From Candidatus Heimdallarchaeota archaeon (GTDB lineage Archaea; Asgardarchaeota; Heimdallarchaeia; Heimdallarchaeales; Heimdallarchaeaceae), in NCBI GenBank assembly GCA_019057815.1, contig JAHLWR010000004.1, positions 32,001 through 96,000 on the forward strand: a stretch of 64,000 nt of DNA, read 5' to 3'. Numbering within the stretch: position 1 is the first letter of the stretch; each line of letters begins with the position of its first letter. The position numbers and the translations under genes are program-made. Under the pieces are notes generated by a model. That model ran no database searches. It had not been told where the DNA came from and was given only the letters and a program-made list of their open reading frames with translations. Shown here piece after piece: positions 39,201 through 48,419 of this stretch.

Positions 39201-39443
39201 ACAGGAATATCTCTGAAAAAAGGGGAGTATGAAGTTATGTTCTATGTCCATCATTGGGATGACAGCTATACAACCGTCAATCGCTCATTCTCTGTTGCAG
39301 TAGTAGAAGGTTTGACGAACTTCGAGCTTGTTATGATTGGAGTAGGTGGAGGAGCAGCAGCGGGAGCAGCAGGTACATTGGTGTACTATATGGCTCGAGC
39401 TGGTAAATTTAGCTGGCTTAAGGGCTTGTTTGGAGGTGCATGA
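33237..39443 (+). CDS. Giant secreted, membrane-anchored protein with about 25 TSP3-like DxDxDG Ca-binding repeats
   Basis: Signal peptide, long amphipathic helical region, hydrophobic beta-rich region, D[ST]DxDGLxDxxE...TxP repeats (about 36680-38950), Ig-like segment and Gly-rich C-terminal TM. Confidence 0.85.
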   Translation: MNRMICKKKIMAVLAVFLLMLNISTVYTSAHAVSNQTEFLLYANPGDMLTKKIGIIYDPFNQITEEVAKSIYETIDVFYSKVELVQVFNHNSFVEAFYTDYWIMIYVFHSSLEGIEYGGWTLSWKDLSWYYDAYSERKHIGVFGNAYQLPNYEIAENCYFEKVEVLEARLGYLHAVWSLSEIFSQEADPLYREIGDRFKLVAVKYFGDEMESLIQSEIDPKYGLGEVDPAKAKARLEDSLKDHPTRLNKVHPITGELLDPTKKIDGFNPVIDITPELQVDPGDVVLGDFPDLSSITGAAGDVINIILGIIGVEIPDGVITMAGSYASEISNIIKQIPKVIGLIRDPSASTAIEIFLDILESAFPSLIQYKPFFEIAAQAIFAVREGPTALLGLVDDLLLFIVPESARDFVETATDALNLTQDFFDELVNHENKGSFIMSYLNKQLMYTLIETAIETLGIGDVQETTSMITQMIQVGIDLISNKNITHIVTDVLPTLVKSLLGGSLDSTGEKILDIITSALGMGLGAAGVIDLDFKDGFINILKAIWPDINEKAPEIKGKIDEVIDIVKQIVEGETSLPSFTTVKNQIVGILTNVDSYSSLFDLNENQKQVVGEAITLVLGLLNGNFDTSGSNFISVVDGILDHFTGFDTGVKEIITKTLELTSSLIAFISDIDGFKTYVKGSVTNFLSDYDNVGKLISTVVGAVLDDHGPDPQVLQQIGNVVGLIINLIKDGADFSVQNIIQAIVGVASAALTKLDVNIPFSVIENIFNLMFSGLPEFDNVQDVVNTIMDVIEPLVPSEIKDIIDTVLTFLGSSRQLYTDSLKWIINQLVGFVAGKIADLLNTLTNKLNEFVESIGDLVSYDADFNVEFGGFSAFTMNVFFSLSPGFSINSDAIQELITDLVFQGSDALSGDNLGKLFKTILKSVSIIPLFKAGVTVSSGNSGKNDLMKTLLDMLGLELSFSGSAGLTLQLLKIESGRISTSDFFKVIEFFFRFEITVSKKIPLLEFLGPGGSALAKVAEFLGLGGIYLVISFFLSVEIVRRVETTFQEAADILTVIIGLSVMIVIDINLVIVGIKITLGFVVTLSFIQDFAAGAPLQVILEISFIVTVKLTFLFLSWGKTVEWGPNPIYLAGGQDDPETKDEMMGVDSDGDGLPDSYEIMVPGLRPDLADSDGDGLTDKFEIKHTGTNPILADTDGDGLDDGFEHSVCKTNPLAPDSDYDGLDDYQEVVIIGTDPNNIDTDGDGLDDYYEVNTKWNMTGITRSVHSVTIGGVEYFDHTDPLVADTDQDGLLDGQEGPFGGYYGPELYSDDFPDQPPIFFNEGYTHPLDNDTDDDSYQQLCNGTISPLRMYLIDMTDRVEIEGQWVIFLEDDELIPRLVRTNPTNPDSDGDTGIQSPDWRGDACPPHWFLRSDGYELWLDPPTDPNDGDSDDDGLIDGLEGYGNPETNHTDPNNPDTDGDGLGDLQEIILGTDPLNPDSDGDGVLDGDEFFKYGTNPAWEDTDFDGLLDGEELFLYHTNPLDPDSDGDGLTDGLEVLYYDTDPMDEDQDNDGLTDWEELFVFYTSPRMYDTDGDGLSDYEEVAIYLTDPLKWDSDNDTIWYLNEFGEYTFEMSDGQEVKLYGTNPLSSDTDGDGIYDSYELYLGSGLIPDFEPVLLDPNSNDTDSDGIIDFHEYQITNVSNIIHPYISFVIITPFNTSVVNPDTDGDGLLDGEELYGYEVGYSRPWVSSNLVRSLPNNNDSDGDGLTDYEEIVVFETDPNTDDTDGDFLSDYDEVKTFVYPQHHDYNGDPGVALDPFNPDVDGDMLPDGSEILLYGSDPTIADEDDNGVLDGYEKDFDFDGLEDGYEFFKYKTWAIAGGGVTQADSDRDGLSDGQEVYMFGTNCTYWDTDNDTYSDGLEVMLGLDPLTFTTFEEFQAAMDVIERGIVVISPIQGGVYAEGNHTFIVYNGSEVLDITYQLNKDDEGFEENYTMSFTTETGTWMSGTYYTTGISLKKGEYEVMFYVHHWDDSYTTVNRSFSVAVVEGLTNFELVMIGVGGGAAAGAAGTLVYYMARAGKFSWLKGLFGGA

Positions 39444-42400
39444 AGATGAAAAGTAAAATGAGTAACATGCAGAAAAGAGCAATTTCGATATTTGTTCTAA
39501 TATTAATGACATTTTCGTTGTTTGGCACAATACCTGCGTTCTCTGCAGCTAATGGACAATATGACTCCACACTAGAGAATTTGTCAATTGATGAAATTAG
39601 AAAGATGTTAGGTATTCCCTATGATGAAGAGGATATGGAATTTCAAGCTGGTGATGATTATTATCCAGAAGATATTGATTTAGGACTATTCTTAACAGAC
39701 TATTCTAATGAATATTACCAGACTTATCAACCATGGAAGACTAAAGCAGCTGTCCGTTGTATTGAATTATCTGATGATTTCAAATATATGGTTGTTGGTG
39801 GTGGATATCTTTATGATAATGAAATACACATTTACCGATGGAACACTAATATTAACCAGTATTCTAAAGTTTGGAACAGTGGTGATGGTGTAATTAAAGC
39901 GGATGTTACAGACGTTGATATTGCAGATACGGATCATAATGATTTCTTAGAAATAGTAGCTTCTTCAGTTGACGGGCATTGGTATGCTTTTGAACAACAA
40001 CACATCTATGACCCTAACACTAACACTGAGAATATGTTCCAACATGTTTACACTTCACCTTATTTAGGTCAAGTTTGGTCAATAGAAATCAATGACACAG
40101 ACTTAGATTATGATCCTGACGTTATTTGTGTATCATGGGATTACAAGGTTCATGTCTTTGAATATACACTCCATTCTGGTTATCCCTTCAGCCCTGAACA
40201 CTGGATTGAATACACAGAAAAATGGACATCACATAATTTAAGAGCCCATCCTACAAGTTTAGCGGTAGGAGATACAAATTACAATGGTCTTCCTGATTTT
40301 GTTGTAGGGACAAGAGAAGGAGAAATTTTCGTCTTTGAGAATAATGGAACAGTGCTAGATATTCATGGTCAACCATGGCCTTTATGTCAAGATAACAGTT
40401 ACAAGCTGATATATCAGAACAATAATACAATCTGGAAACCGATTTATTCGATGGAAATAGGTAATCTTGACAACAACCCCGGAGATGAAGTAGTCATTGC
40501 ATCTTTTGCTTTTAACGGTTATATTCTTCGATATGATATGCAAGAGGCAGATTATTATCTACAGAAACTAATCAAATATTTCGAACCATGGACACAAAAG
40601 GATTACTATCCAACTGATGACTACATTGATTGGGGTATTTCTGCACAGAATGCTTATCTTAGCTTAGATTCTGAAGCTTTAGGAACAACAGTTCAAGAAC
40701 CACTTAATTTCAGCACAGAATGGTATTATAAAGGTCCTTACCCCTATGATACCGGTGCAGCTCAACTAAATTATACTACTCACACATATTTTGTAGCTAA
40801 TGACACACATTCCTCTTGGGAAGTATATGATTATGGTGCTGATGAAGGCGGTACAGGAAATGGTAATGAAAAAGAAGATGTGGTCTTAGATTTTAGAACT
40901 GGTTTGTTTGATCCACAAATCAATTTTGCTAATTTTGAAATTCAGATAAGTTATGATTTGGAGCATTGGTTAACCATTCCTGAAACATCAATGAGTCATG
41001 GGTCCTCTGGTCTTAATTCTAGAACTATAGAATTTGATGTGGATGAAGTGATGAATGAGTATCAGTGGAAAGACTTTAGGTATATTAATGTCACAGTTCT
41101 TGCAGGAGTAGGGACAACGTACAAGTTAACCTATAGTAAGCTTAACTACGTAGATATGAGAGTATCTACCGCTTTATGTGCATCTGTAGGCACATTAGCT
41201 AGTTCAGTAACAGGAGAACACGATTTACAAGCACTACTAGGAACAGTAGATGGGCGAATTGTAGCTTTCATATATGATGAAACTGTTGACGAATTCATTC
41301 TTTCATGGGATTCTTGGGTAGATGATAGATTTACTCTTGGGACAAACATTTGGGATCTAGAGCAAGTAAAAACTCTAGGGACTATGCCCATGATTTATGG
41401 TTGGACATTTTTAGATACAACAGAATATGTTTTGAAACCTGATACTCAACCTTACCCTCAGATTAGAGATATGATGGGTGATGATTCATGGATTTATGAT
41501 TATGATATAGGTTACATTGACGCAGATCCCAGTGGTCATGGAGATTTTGTTGTAAGCACCCAATCAGGAAATGTTTATTTCTTTGATAGAACTTTTGATA
41601 TCGATATTCCAAACTCGTTCAATTACTTCAACCTAATCAATAGTTATGTTAATTATGATGGTTTCAATCTAACTGTTTCTTTAATTGATTATACAACAGC
41701 ATTTGGTGGTCCTGAACTCTTTATTGGTACTTATGATCCTTCAATTTCTAATGTTTATGATGACTGGTATGATGACACTGACACTGACTCACCAGCGAAT
41801 CTACATATATGGAATCAAGTTGGAATGGCTTATAATGGTCCTGTGAATCTGTATAGCATTGAAAGCACTGGACAACTAGAGGAACTACTGAAGAATGCAC
41901 AATCCATACCTTCAGCTGATGGAGTAGACATGGATGGAGATGGAGATATGGACATTGTGGTCTGTATAGATGGATTATATTTACTATGGAATATAGGTAG
42001 TCATGCGAGTCCTGAATATGTTCTTGATGCGGACTATTTTACAGATGTAAATGCTGTACAAGGTAGAAGAAAATTCATGAAGCCAAAATTTGTTGAGTTC
42101 GATCATGATGGTGATTATGACCTCACTTTAGGTTACTCAAATCGTGTAGGTGCAACATATTTTGATAATTTTGGAACAGCAACTAATCCAAAGTGGGAAG
42201 AAAAGAAGGAACTGCTCAATAATTTAGACTACGAAGCAACAATTAATGTTTATAATTTAACTAGACCTCTTTTCGTCTCATATCTAGATCATAGTATATG
42301 GTCTACATTACAGATGAATTTACTATATGGAGAAGATTTTACGGACAAATACGCACTTTTCTATATGTTTGATGTGTTTACAAACGATGTTCATTTCTTT

Positions 42401-45400
42401 TATATTAATTATGATACACAAACATCTTACATGGTCGCGACCTACCCACTTATTTCTCGTCTAGAAATAAATTCTTTCAGATCAGAAACTGTATTTGAAA
42501 TCTATACTTCTCGTAATTTCGGTTTTAGAGCAATAGAAAGCTGGTCTACAGCATTAGAACTACTAGAGTGGACTATGACTGTTGAAACTGCAGATTTGGA
42601 TGAAGATGGTTCAGGAGAAATTATTGTAGGAGACTATGATAATAATATCTACATCTTTGAACATATGCTCAATAATACTTACAAACGGGCGTTTCGCTCT
42701 CCAGATGTTGTTCAATATTATGCAACAGATGAAACACCATACGCTTGGGATCAATTCGGAGGTTATACAGGCGAATTTAATCAAACAATCTGGAATCATG
42801 TTTCTCATATTCTTGTTGATGTTGACCTTGATGGTGATGGCTACTTAGAGCTAGTAGCATTGGCAGGTACAGTATTTTATATCTTTGAAGTTGTATATGA
42901 CGATTTCAGTGGTAAAATTATTGATGATACCTATCAGCTAGTTCATCGTTTTGATTGTTTAAGAAGTGATGAAGGACCTTATATGATTGAAGCAGGATTA
43001 ATCGATCCTGTAGGATTAACTTGGGCTAAAGATCTCGATCATGATGGCTACAGCGAGATACTTGTGGCTTTTGAATCACAATTATTCGTTTATGAACCTT
43101 ATAGTGGTGAGTTTTACGAAGTTTTTGGACAAGTTGATACACCAACGGGACATTACAACTTAGCAGGTAACAGTAGAGCATATCCTGATATGACAATCGC
43201 AGGTATCTTAGTTGCAGATACAAACCAAAATGGTTGGGAAGAAATAATCATTTATGGAGAAGTTGATGATGCAACTGTACCTTATGATATGGGTTATGTA
43301 GCAATTATAGAAACTAATATTCATGGATACCAGATAATCTGGCAAGCTCCAGTGGATGTCGTTGCTAGTAACAAAATCTATACTGTAGAAATTGCAGATC
43401 AAGATTATGACGGTCAACTAGAGGTTATCATAGGTGGAGAGAAAGGTATATCTATTTGGGAATATCAAGGAGATGCTGATGGGGATTTATATGTGCAGAT
43501 TAATGTTATAACAGGACACATGAATTACCCAATAATGCCATCGAATTCTCTTTTCGGAGAGAACAGTTTTTACGGAATTGATAATCAAATTAGGCAACGT
43601 TCTCATGATGTTATTCAATATGTTTATGGAACCAGTAATCATTCATATATAGCAGTATGGACTGAATGGTACAACCCATGGAGTATATATGTCATTTACC
43701 AAGCTATGAGCCCTGATGGACAAAATTGGTTATATAAAACTATGCTCCCAATAGCTTCTGTTAATGACCAATTACTTCCTTCATTAACACAAACTACAAA
43801 TGGTGATCTTTACCTTATATGGACTGTTTTCAGGTTTTCTGGTGCTTCTGGTAATCGCTATGGGATTCCATGTCTTAAATCTACAGATTTTGGTGATACA
43901 TGGACATCAGAAGGATTTCTAAATGAAACAGAATTATTAGGACCTAATCCTTATCGTTCACCTACAGTTTTTGCACATGATAACGATGGAATTGGCTATT
44001 CCTTTGTTTTTAAGAATAGTACTCATTCTATTCCTTATTATGGTTGGCATTTCAGTAATGGTACAAACATTGTTCCCCAGCCGATTGAAGGGCTTAAAGA
44101 ATTCAATGTTAATGGAATTGATATAGTTGGACATCCTAATAACAGTCCTTCACAAGGTTTCACTTTTGCAGGAGCAATGAGCGCAAATCGTCCAGGAGAA
44201 AACAAAGACGATTACGATATTTGGTTCTTTGAAACAGATATCAGTTTCAATTTGACTATTGAGTCAAGGAAATTAGTAGAAAGTCCTGCAGTTGAACATA
44301 CACCTAGTATTGCTTATATACTTACAGGGACGAATCCACTGCTAATAAGTTATGATGCAGCTGGATATAAACAGGCCATGCCAACAGCTTATGGTTTAGT
44401 TTCTTCTGATTATTTTGAATGGTCAGAGCCAGATATTCTAAATGTATACCCTGATTATCTTGAAAGAAACCCAATAACTGGGGCAATGTATTTCAAGTAT
44501 CAACCATCATGGAGTCTCAATAGTCATGGTTTTAGAGCTCCTAAAGTTACAGCAACATATGATGGAAAATTTGTTGTATTAACAAAACTTGATATTAAAG
44601 GAGTAACTATAGTAGGAGCAGCATATTGGGAAGATTTCCTTTTCCAAGAATATAGTCTAACAATAACTGATTTCACTGCTTTTGGTAAAGCTACTGACAT
44701 TGCTGTAGGCGACACTGACGGTGATGGTTTGAATGAGATTTTAGCTGCAGATGGACCATATGCTAGACTCTTTGAAATCTTTGAAACGACTATAATGAAT
44801 ACTAGATATCAATTTAAGTGGAAGAGCCAAGAATACCAGAACCCAGTATCAGATGTGTCGATATATGATACTAATGGAAATGGTTTTCCTGAAATAATCT
44901 TTAGTGTCCAAGGAGAAGATGTCTATGTCTTTGAGGTTTTGGATCTTTCGAAACCTATTGTAGATTTACAAGTTCCCATACAAATCTATAAAACCCTTGA
45001 ATCCAATACTGCTGTTTATCTGACAACTACTCCAATAGATCTCAATGATGATGGTATTACAGATTATGTTTGTGGAATGGATGATAATATGCTTCATGGA
45101 ATTCTGGGAAACAATGGTACCGTTTTATGGAGTACAGATATTGGATCTACTACAAGATTTACGTTTGAAGGACTCTATAACTATAATAGTCAGATAATTG
45201 TTCTGGACGATAATAACGATATCTTATGGATTAACAAAAGAACTGGTATTATTATTGATACTATTACAACAGGAGATAGCTATGTTGGTGAGGCTACAAT
45301 CTATGATATAAATGGAGATGGATACGGGGATATAATAAGCAAAGATTCTTCTTCCAACGAAATCCGTATATATAGTGGAGTTGATGGAGACATTTTAGAA

Positions 45401-47386
45401 TTAGGTGCTGATGTTGCTGGAGCAGGAGTATTAGGAATTGATGTTGCCTTTAATAGTTCTATACCACTCATAGTTGCGTCGCTAACCAACGATACAATAG
45501 TAGCTCTTGATATTAGCTTAAACGTTCTATGGACATTTGCAATGGATACTGTTACATATTCACAAGTTTATGTCAAAGATTTAGACGCAGATAGCTATTC
45601 TGAAATATTCATTCCAGCTTCTGAATGTGTTTTACTACAAATCAATGGTTCTATTCTCTGGAACATTAGTACTCCAATTGTACCAAATCAAGTTGTTTTC
45701 TATGATATAAATGAAGATGGGATACTTGATCTTATAACAACAGGAGGAGAATCATTCACAGGTTCTGCTTACGATGGTGAAACAGGGTTACTTCTGTGGT
45801 CAAGAGGACTCTGGAAATATGTCGGTTTGGAGGTTGCACTAGGCACCGTAGGAGATGATCCTGTATTATACTATCCATATTATGACATAAATGAAGAAGT
45901 AGGTGTATTATGTGTTAATATAGATGGATCATTAAAGTGGGTTTTTGAAACAGGTATTTTTCCAGTTGGGTATGCAGTTGGGGTAGTTGCTACTGAGATC
46001 AATGGACAAAACGGAGTGATTTTCAGCACTTATGGAGATAAAGTGATTGGAGTAACATCAACAGAGTTTATACCTGTAAAACCATCATATGTAAAAATGG
46101 CACCTGTAGAATTTCCAAGCGAGATGGAATATGAGAGAATGTTTTCAGGAATAGGGGAAATAAATCCAGATACAGTTGTTGTAGCTAACTTTAATGGTTT
46201 AGATTATCCAACTCTATTCTATATAGAAAATAACACCCATGCAGTCTGGTGCGATATTCAGACAGGAGAAATATACAGTAAAGAAACGATAATGGACATA
46301 GGAAACATAGTAAAATGTGTCGCAGCTGATCCTGAAGGAAAAGGTTACCCAACATCAGTATACTTCTATACAGATTTATTCTACCTCGGAGTTATACATG
46401 TTACTACAATGGAAGTAGAGACGAACGCTGACTTAGTAGGTAAAACTAATTCAATTCATGAGCTTCTAGCTTATAGTCTAAGTGGTGTTGGTGGAGATAA
46501 TCTAATTATTACAACAATATCAACCACAAACGTGAATTACATCCGTGTCTATAAACCAAATGCTGGAGACCAAGCATGGTTCGACAGTATTGGAGAGGAT
46601 GTAGGAAAGCAGCTGTTAGCAGGCAACTTAAAGGCTACAGAAAATATTCTTGTTGTAGTTTCTGATTCTACCATAATTTTCTACTTAAAAGACGGAACTG
46701 CGGATTATTCGCTATATAGTAATTACTTTGGAAGAGTTGCAATAGGATATACTAAAACTACTGATACTTATAAAACAGTCTTCATACATGAGGGTTTCGA
46801 TATCCAGAATTATAATGTGGAAATCAATACATTCACCAGTTGGGAAGCTAATTTGGAAACTGACGCAGAAATTTTTGATATGGTGATAGGTGAAATGCAA
46901 GGAGATGCATACTATGAAGTCTATGTTACACAATCAGGTACAGGTATAATGGCTTTTGATGTAGATGCCAAATTATTGTGGTCACATACTCATAGTTCAT
47001 TCTTATCAAACAAACTAATCCTTTACAAAGATCCAAATTATGGAGACGCAGTCTTATTAGCCACAGATTATCACAGAGTGTTTATGTACGATTCCCGAGC
47101 TGATATTATAAGGGAAGCAACTGTCGATTTATTCGATCAGATATTGTTTATTGGAACTTCATGTAATGAAACTCTAAAAGATGAAGGTATTTTCGTCTTC
47201 TTAGCAGGCAATACGTTCTATGGTCACAATCTTGAATCTGTACATGGTATCCTAGCTGAATCGATAGATGAATCAACTATAGATTGGGTATCTCTCCGAA
47301 GAATTGGTGTGCCTGCTTTAGTGATGCTTTCAATAACAATTGCAGCAATAGTACTCATTTCAAGAAAGAGTAAAGTCAAAGTATAA
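39440..47386 (+). CDS. Giant secreted, membrane-anchored multi-beta-propeller protein (FG-GAP, Asp-box and PQQ-like repeats)
   Basis: More than 15 DxDxDGxx[DE]I motifs, Asp-boxes (STDFGDTW, SPDGQNW), G..LW repeats, C-terminal TM followed by RKSKVKV. ATGA overlap with the upstream gene. Confidence 0.85.
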   Translation: MKMKSKMSNMQKRAISIFVLILMTFSLFGTIPAFSAANGQYDSTLENLSIDEIRKMLGIPYDEEDMEFQAGDDYYPEDIDLGLFLTDYSNEYYQTYQPWKTKAAVRCIELSDDFKYMVVGGGYLYDNEIHIYRWNTNINQYSKVWNSGDGVIKADVTDVDIADTDHNDFLEIVASSVDGHWYAFEQQHIYDPNTNTENMFQHVYTSPYLGQVWSIEINDTDLDYDPDVICVSWDYKVHVFEYTLHSGYPFSPEHWIEYTEKWTSHNLRAHPTSLAVGDTNYNGLPDFVVGTREGEIFVFENNGTVLDIHGQPWPLCQDNSYKLIYQNNNTIWKPIYSMEIGNLDNNPGDEVVIASFAFNGYILRYDMQEADYYLQKLIKYFEPWTQKDYYPTDDYIDWGISAQNAYLSLDSEALGTTVQEPLNFSTEWYYKGPYPYDTGAAQLNYTTHTYFVANDTHSSWEVYDYGADEGGTGNGNEKEDVVLDFRTGLFDPQINFANFEIQISYDLEHWLTIPETSMSHGSSGLNSRTIEFDVDEVMNEYQWKDFRYINVTVLAGVGTTYKLTYSKLNYVDMRVSTALCASVGTLASSVTGEHDLQALLGTVDGRIVAFIYDETVDEFILSWDSWVDDRFTLGTNIWDLEQVKTLGTMPMIYGWTFLDTTEYVLKPDTQPYPQIRDMMGDDSWIYDYDIGYIDADPSGHGDFVVSTQSGNVYFFDRTFDIDIPNSFNYFNLINSYVNYDGFNLTVSLIDYTTAFGGPELFIGTYDPSISNVYDDWYDDTDTDSPANLHIWNQVGMAYNGPVNLYSIESTGQLEELLKNAQSIPSADGVDMDGDGDMDIVVCIDGLYLLWNIGSHASPEYVLDADYFTDVNAVQGRRKFMKPKFVEFDHDGDYDLTLGYSNRVGATYFDNFGTATNPKWEEKKELLNNLDYEATINVYNLTRPLFVSYLDHSIWSTLQMNLLYGEDFTDKYALFYMFDVFTNDVHFFYINYDTQTSYMVATYPLISRLEINSFRSETVFEIYTSRNFGFRAIESWSTALELLEWTMTVETADLDEDGSGEIIVGDYDNNIYIFEHMLNNTYKRAFRSPDVVQYYATDETPYAWDQFGGYTGEFNQTIWNHVSHILVDVDLDGDGYLELVALAGTVFYIFEVVYDDFSGKIIDDTYQLVHRFDCLRSDEGPYMIEAGLIDPVGLTWAKDLDHDGYSEILVAFESQLFVYEPYSGEFYEVFGQVDTPTGHYNLAGNSRAYPDMTIAGILVADTNQNGWEEIIIYGEVDDATVPYDMGYVAIIETNIHGYQIIWQAPVDVVASNKIYTVEIADQDYDGQLEVIIGGEKGISIWEYQGDADGDLYVQINVITGHMNYPIMPSNSLFGENSFYGIDNQIRQRSHDVIQYVYGTSNHSYIAVWTEWYNPWSIYVIYQAMSPDGQNWLYKTMLPIASVNDQLLPSLTQTTNGDLYLIWTVFRFSGASGNRYGIPCLKSTDFGDTWTSEGFLNETELLGPNPYRSPTVFAHDNDGIGYSFVFKNSTHSIPYYGWHFSNGTNIVPQPIEGLKEFNVNGIDIVGHPNNSPSQGFTFAGAMSANRPGENKDDYDIWFFETDISFNLTIESRKLVESPAVEHTPSIAYILTGTNPLLISYDAAGYKQAMPTAYGLVSSDYFEWSEPDILNVYPDYLERNPITGAMYFKYQPSWSLNSHGFRAPKVTATYDGKFVVLTKLDIKGVTIVGAAYWEDFLFQEYSLTITDFTAFGKATDIAVGDTDGDGLNEILAADGPYARLFEIFETTIMNTRYQFKWKSQEYQNPVSDVSIYDTNGNGFPEIIFSVQGEDVYVFEVLDLSKPIVDLQVPIQIYKTLESNTAVYLTTTPIDLNDDGITDYVCGMDDNMLHGILGNNGTVLWSTDIGSTTRFTFEGLYNYNSQIIVLDDNNDILWINKRTGIIIDTITTGDSYVGEATIYDINGDGYGDIISKDSSSNEIRIYSGVDGDILELGADVAGAGVLGIDVAFNSSIPLIVASLTNDTIVALDISLNVLWTFAMDTVTYSQVYVKDLDADSYSEIFIPASECVLLQINGSILWNISTPIVPNQVVFYDINEDGILDLITTGGESFTGSAYDGETGLLLWSRGLWKYVGLEVALGTVGDDPVLYYPYYDINEEVGVLCVNIDGSLKWVFETGIFPVGYAVGVVATEINGQNGVIFSTYGDKVIGVTSTEFIPVKPSYVKMAPVEFPSEMEYERMFSGIGEINPDTVVVANFNGLDYPTLFYIENNTHAVWCDIQTGEIYSKETIMDIGNIVKCVAADPEGKGYPTSVYFYTDLFYLGVIHVTTMEVETNADLVGKTNSIHELLAYSLSGVGGDNLIITTISTTNVNYIRVYKPNAGDQAWFDSIGEDVGKQLLAGNLKATENILVVVSDSTIIFYLKDGTADYSLYSNYFGRVAIGYTKTTDTYKTVFIHEGFDIQNYNVEINTFTSWEANLETDAEIFDMVIGEMQGDAYYEVYVTQSGTGIMAFDVDAKLLWSHTHSSFLSNKLILYKDPNYGDAVLLATDYHRVFMYDSRADIIREATVDLFDQILFIGTSCNETLKDEGIFVFLAGNTFYGHNLESVHGILAESIDESTIDWVSLRRIGVPALVMLSITIAAIVLISRKSKVKV

Positions 47387-47460
47387 TCTTCTCTTTCTAC
47401 CTATTTTTCTTTTTTATTAGCTTAAACTACAACCAACCTTTGAATATCATTTTCAATTAT

Positions 47461-47472
47461 TTGAATATTCAA
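47461..47472. promoter_or_regulatory. Perfect 12-bp palindrome TTGAATATTCAA
   Basis: Upstream of the two-ORF operon; a half-site TTGAATAT is repeated about 20 bp further upstream. Confidence 0.3.
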
Positions 47473-47558
47473 GACTTTTATTGAAAGTTCTTTCTCAATG
47501 TTTGTTTAAAACTTTCATAATCTTTATCAATTTCAAAAAACATTTCATCCAGAAACAT

Positions 47559-47924
47559 ATGAAAACAATTAAACAACTGGTTTTCGATATTACGCAAAGC
47601 CGTAGAATAAAAAACTATGCTGAAAGACTGAAAATCGAACCGACTTCAGTTCTACCTCAAATTCAATCAGTAATGGAAATTATATATCAAGCTTGGTTCA
47701 AAAATTATGGCAAAAACAGAGAAATAAGTTTTAATGATTACTTTATATCAATGATGAAATATGCAGAATATTCCCATAGACTAACGCAAAGGCATGAGGA
47801 GATGAAGAAAGTTGCTAATCATGTTGAAATACTAAGACTAGCAATCGTTGAATATGATATTGATTATAACGACATTATAACAATAGAAAATATAGCTAAA
47901 TCAAATCAGGAGGGAAGTGAATGA
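47559..47924 (+). CDS. Hypothetical protein
   Basis: ATG at 47559, helical composition, coupled to the next ORF by an ATGA overlap. Confidence 0.55.
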   Translation: MKTIKQLVFDITQSRRIKNYAERLKIEPTSVLPQIQSVMEIIYQAWFKNYGKNREISFNDYFISMMKYAEYSHRLTQRHEEMKKVANHVEILRLAIVEYDIDYNDIITIENIAKSNQEGSE

Positions 47925-48370
47925 AAATAAAAACAACTATGTTTAAAGTAAAATTCAAAAATAAAATCCCTTGTGACGATGAGTTTAAACTGGGGAGTGA
48001 TCTTGCTTATTATCTCCCTTTCTTAGCTGAATTAACAGAGGAAGTTATGAATTGGGATCTGAGCGATATAAAAGAACATACAAGGCAAAGTAAAGAAGAA
48101 TTTGATCCTTTAAGTAAGGAGTATTCTAATTTATTCAAAGAATATGCACAAATCAAGCTTAGAGCTAACGAGCTGTATTATAGAAACCGCGTAGTAGCAC
48201 TGACAATGGGACTTTTAAGGCAAAAATTAATGCAACTAAAGAGTTCAAATGTAGTTTTACCTCTAGACTATGATAAAGCAATAGAGAAAGTTGAATATTT
48301 CATTTATCGTTATATTACAAAGAAACAAGATGATAGGCTCGTAGAACAGGTTGTTTTTGATGAACGATGA
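47921..48370 (+). CDS. Hypothetical protein
   Basis: 149-aa helical ORF with upstream GGAGG; no family recognised. Confidence 0.6.
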   Translation: MKIKTTMFKVKFKNKIPCDDEFKLGSDLAYYLPFLAELTEEVMNWDLSDIKEHTRQSKEEFDPLSKEYSNLFKEYAQIKLRANELYYRNRVVALTMGLLRQKLMQLKSSNVVLPLDYDKAIEKVEYFIYRYITKKQDDRLVEQVVFDER

Positions 48371-48419
48371 TATTATCGCAAATGATTATAAGTGTTCTAA
48401 AAACTGTTGTTTATAAAGC

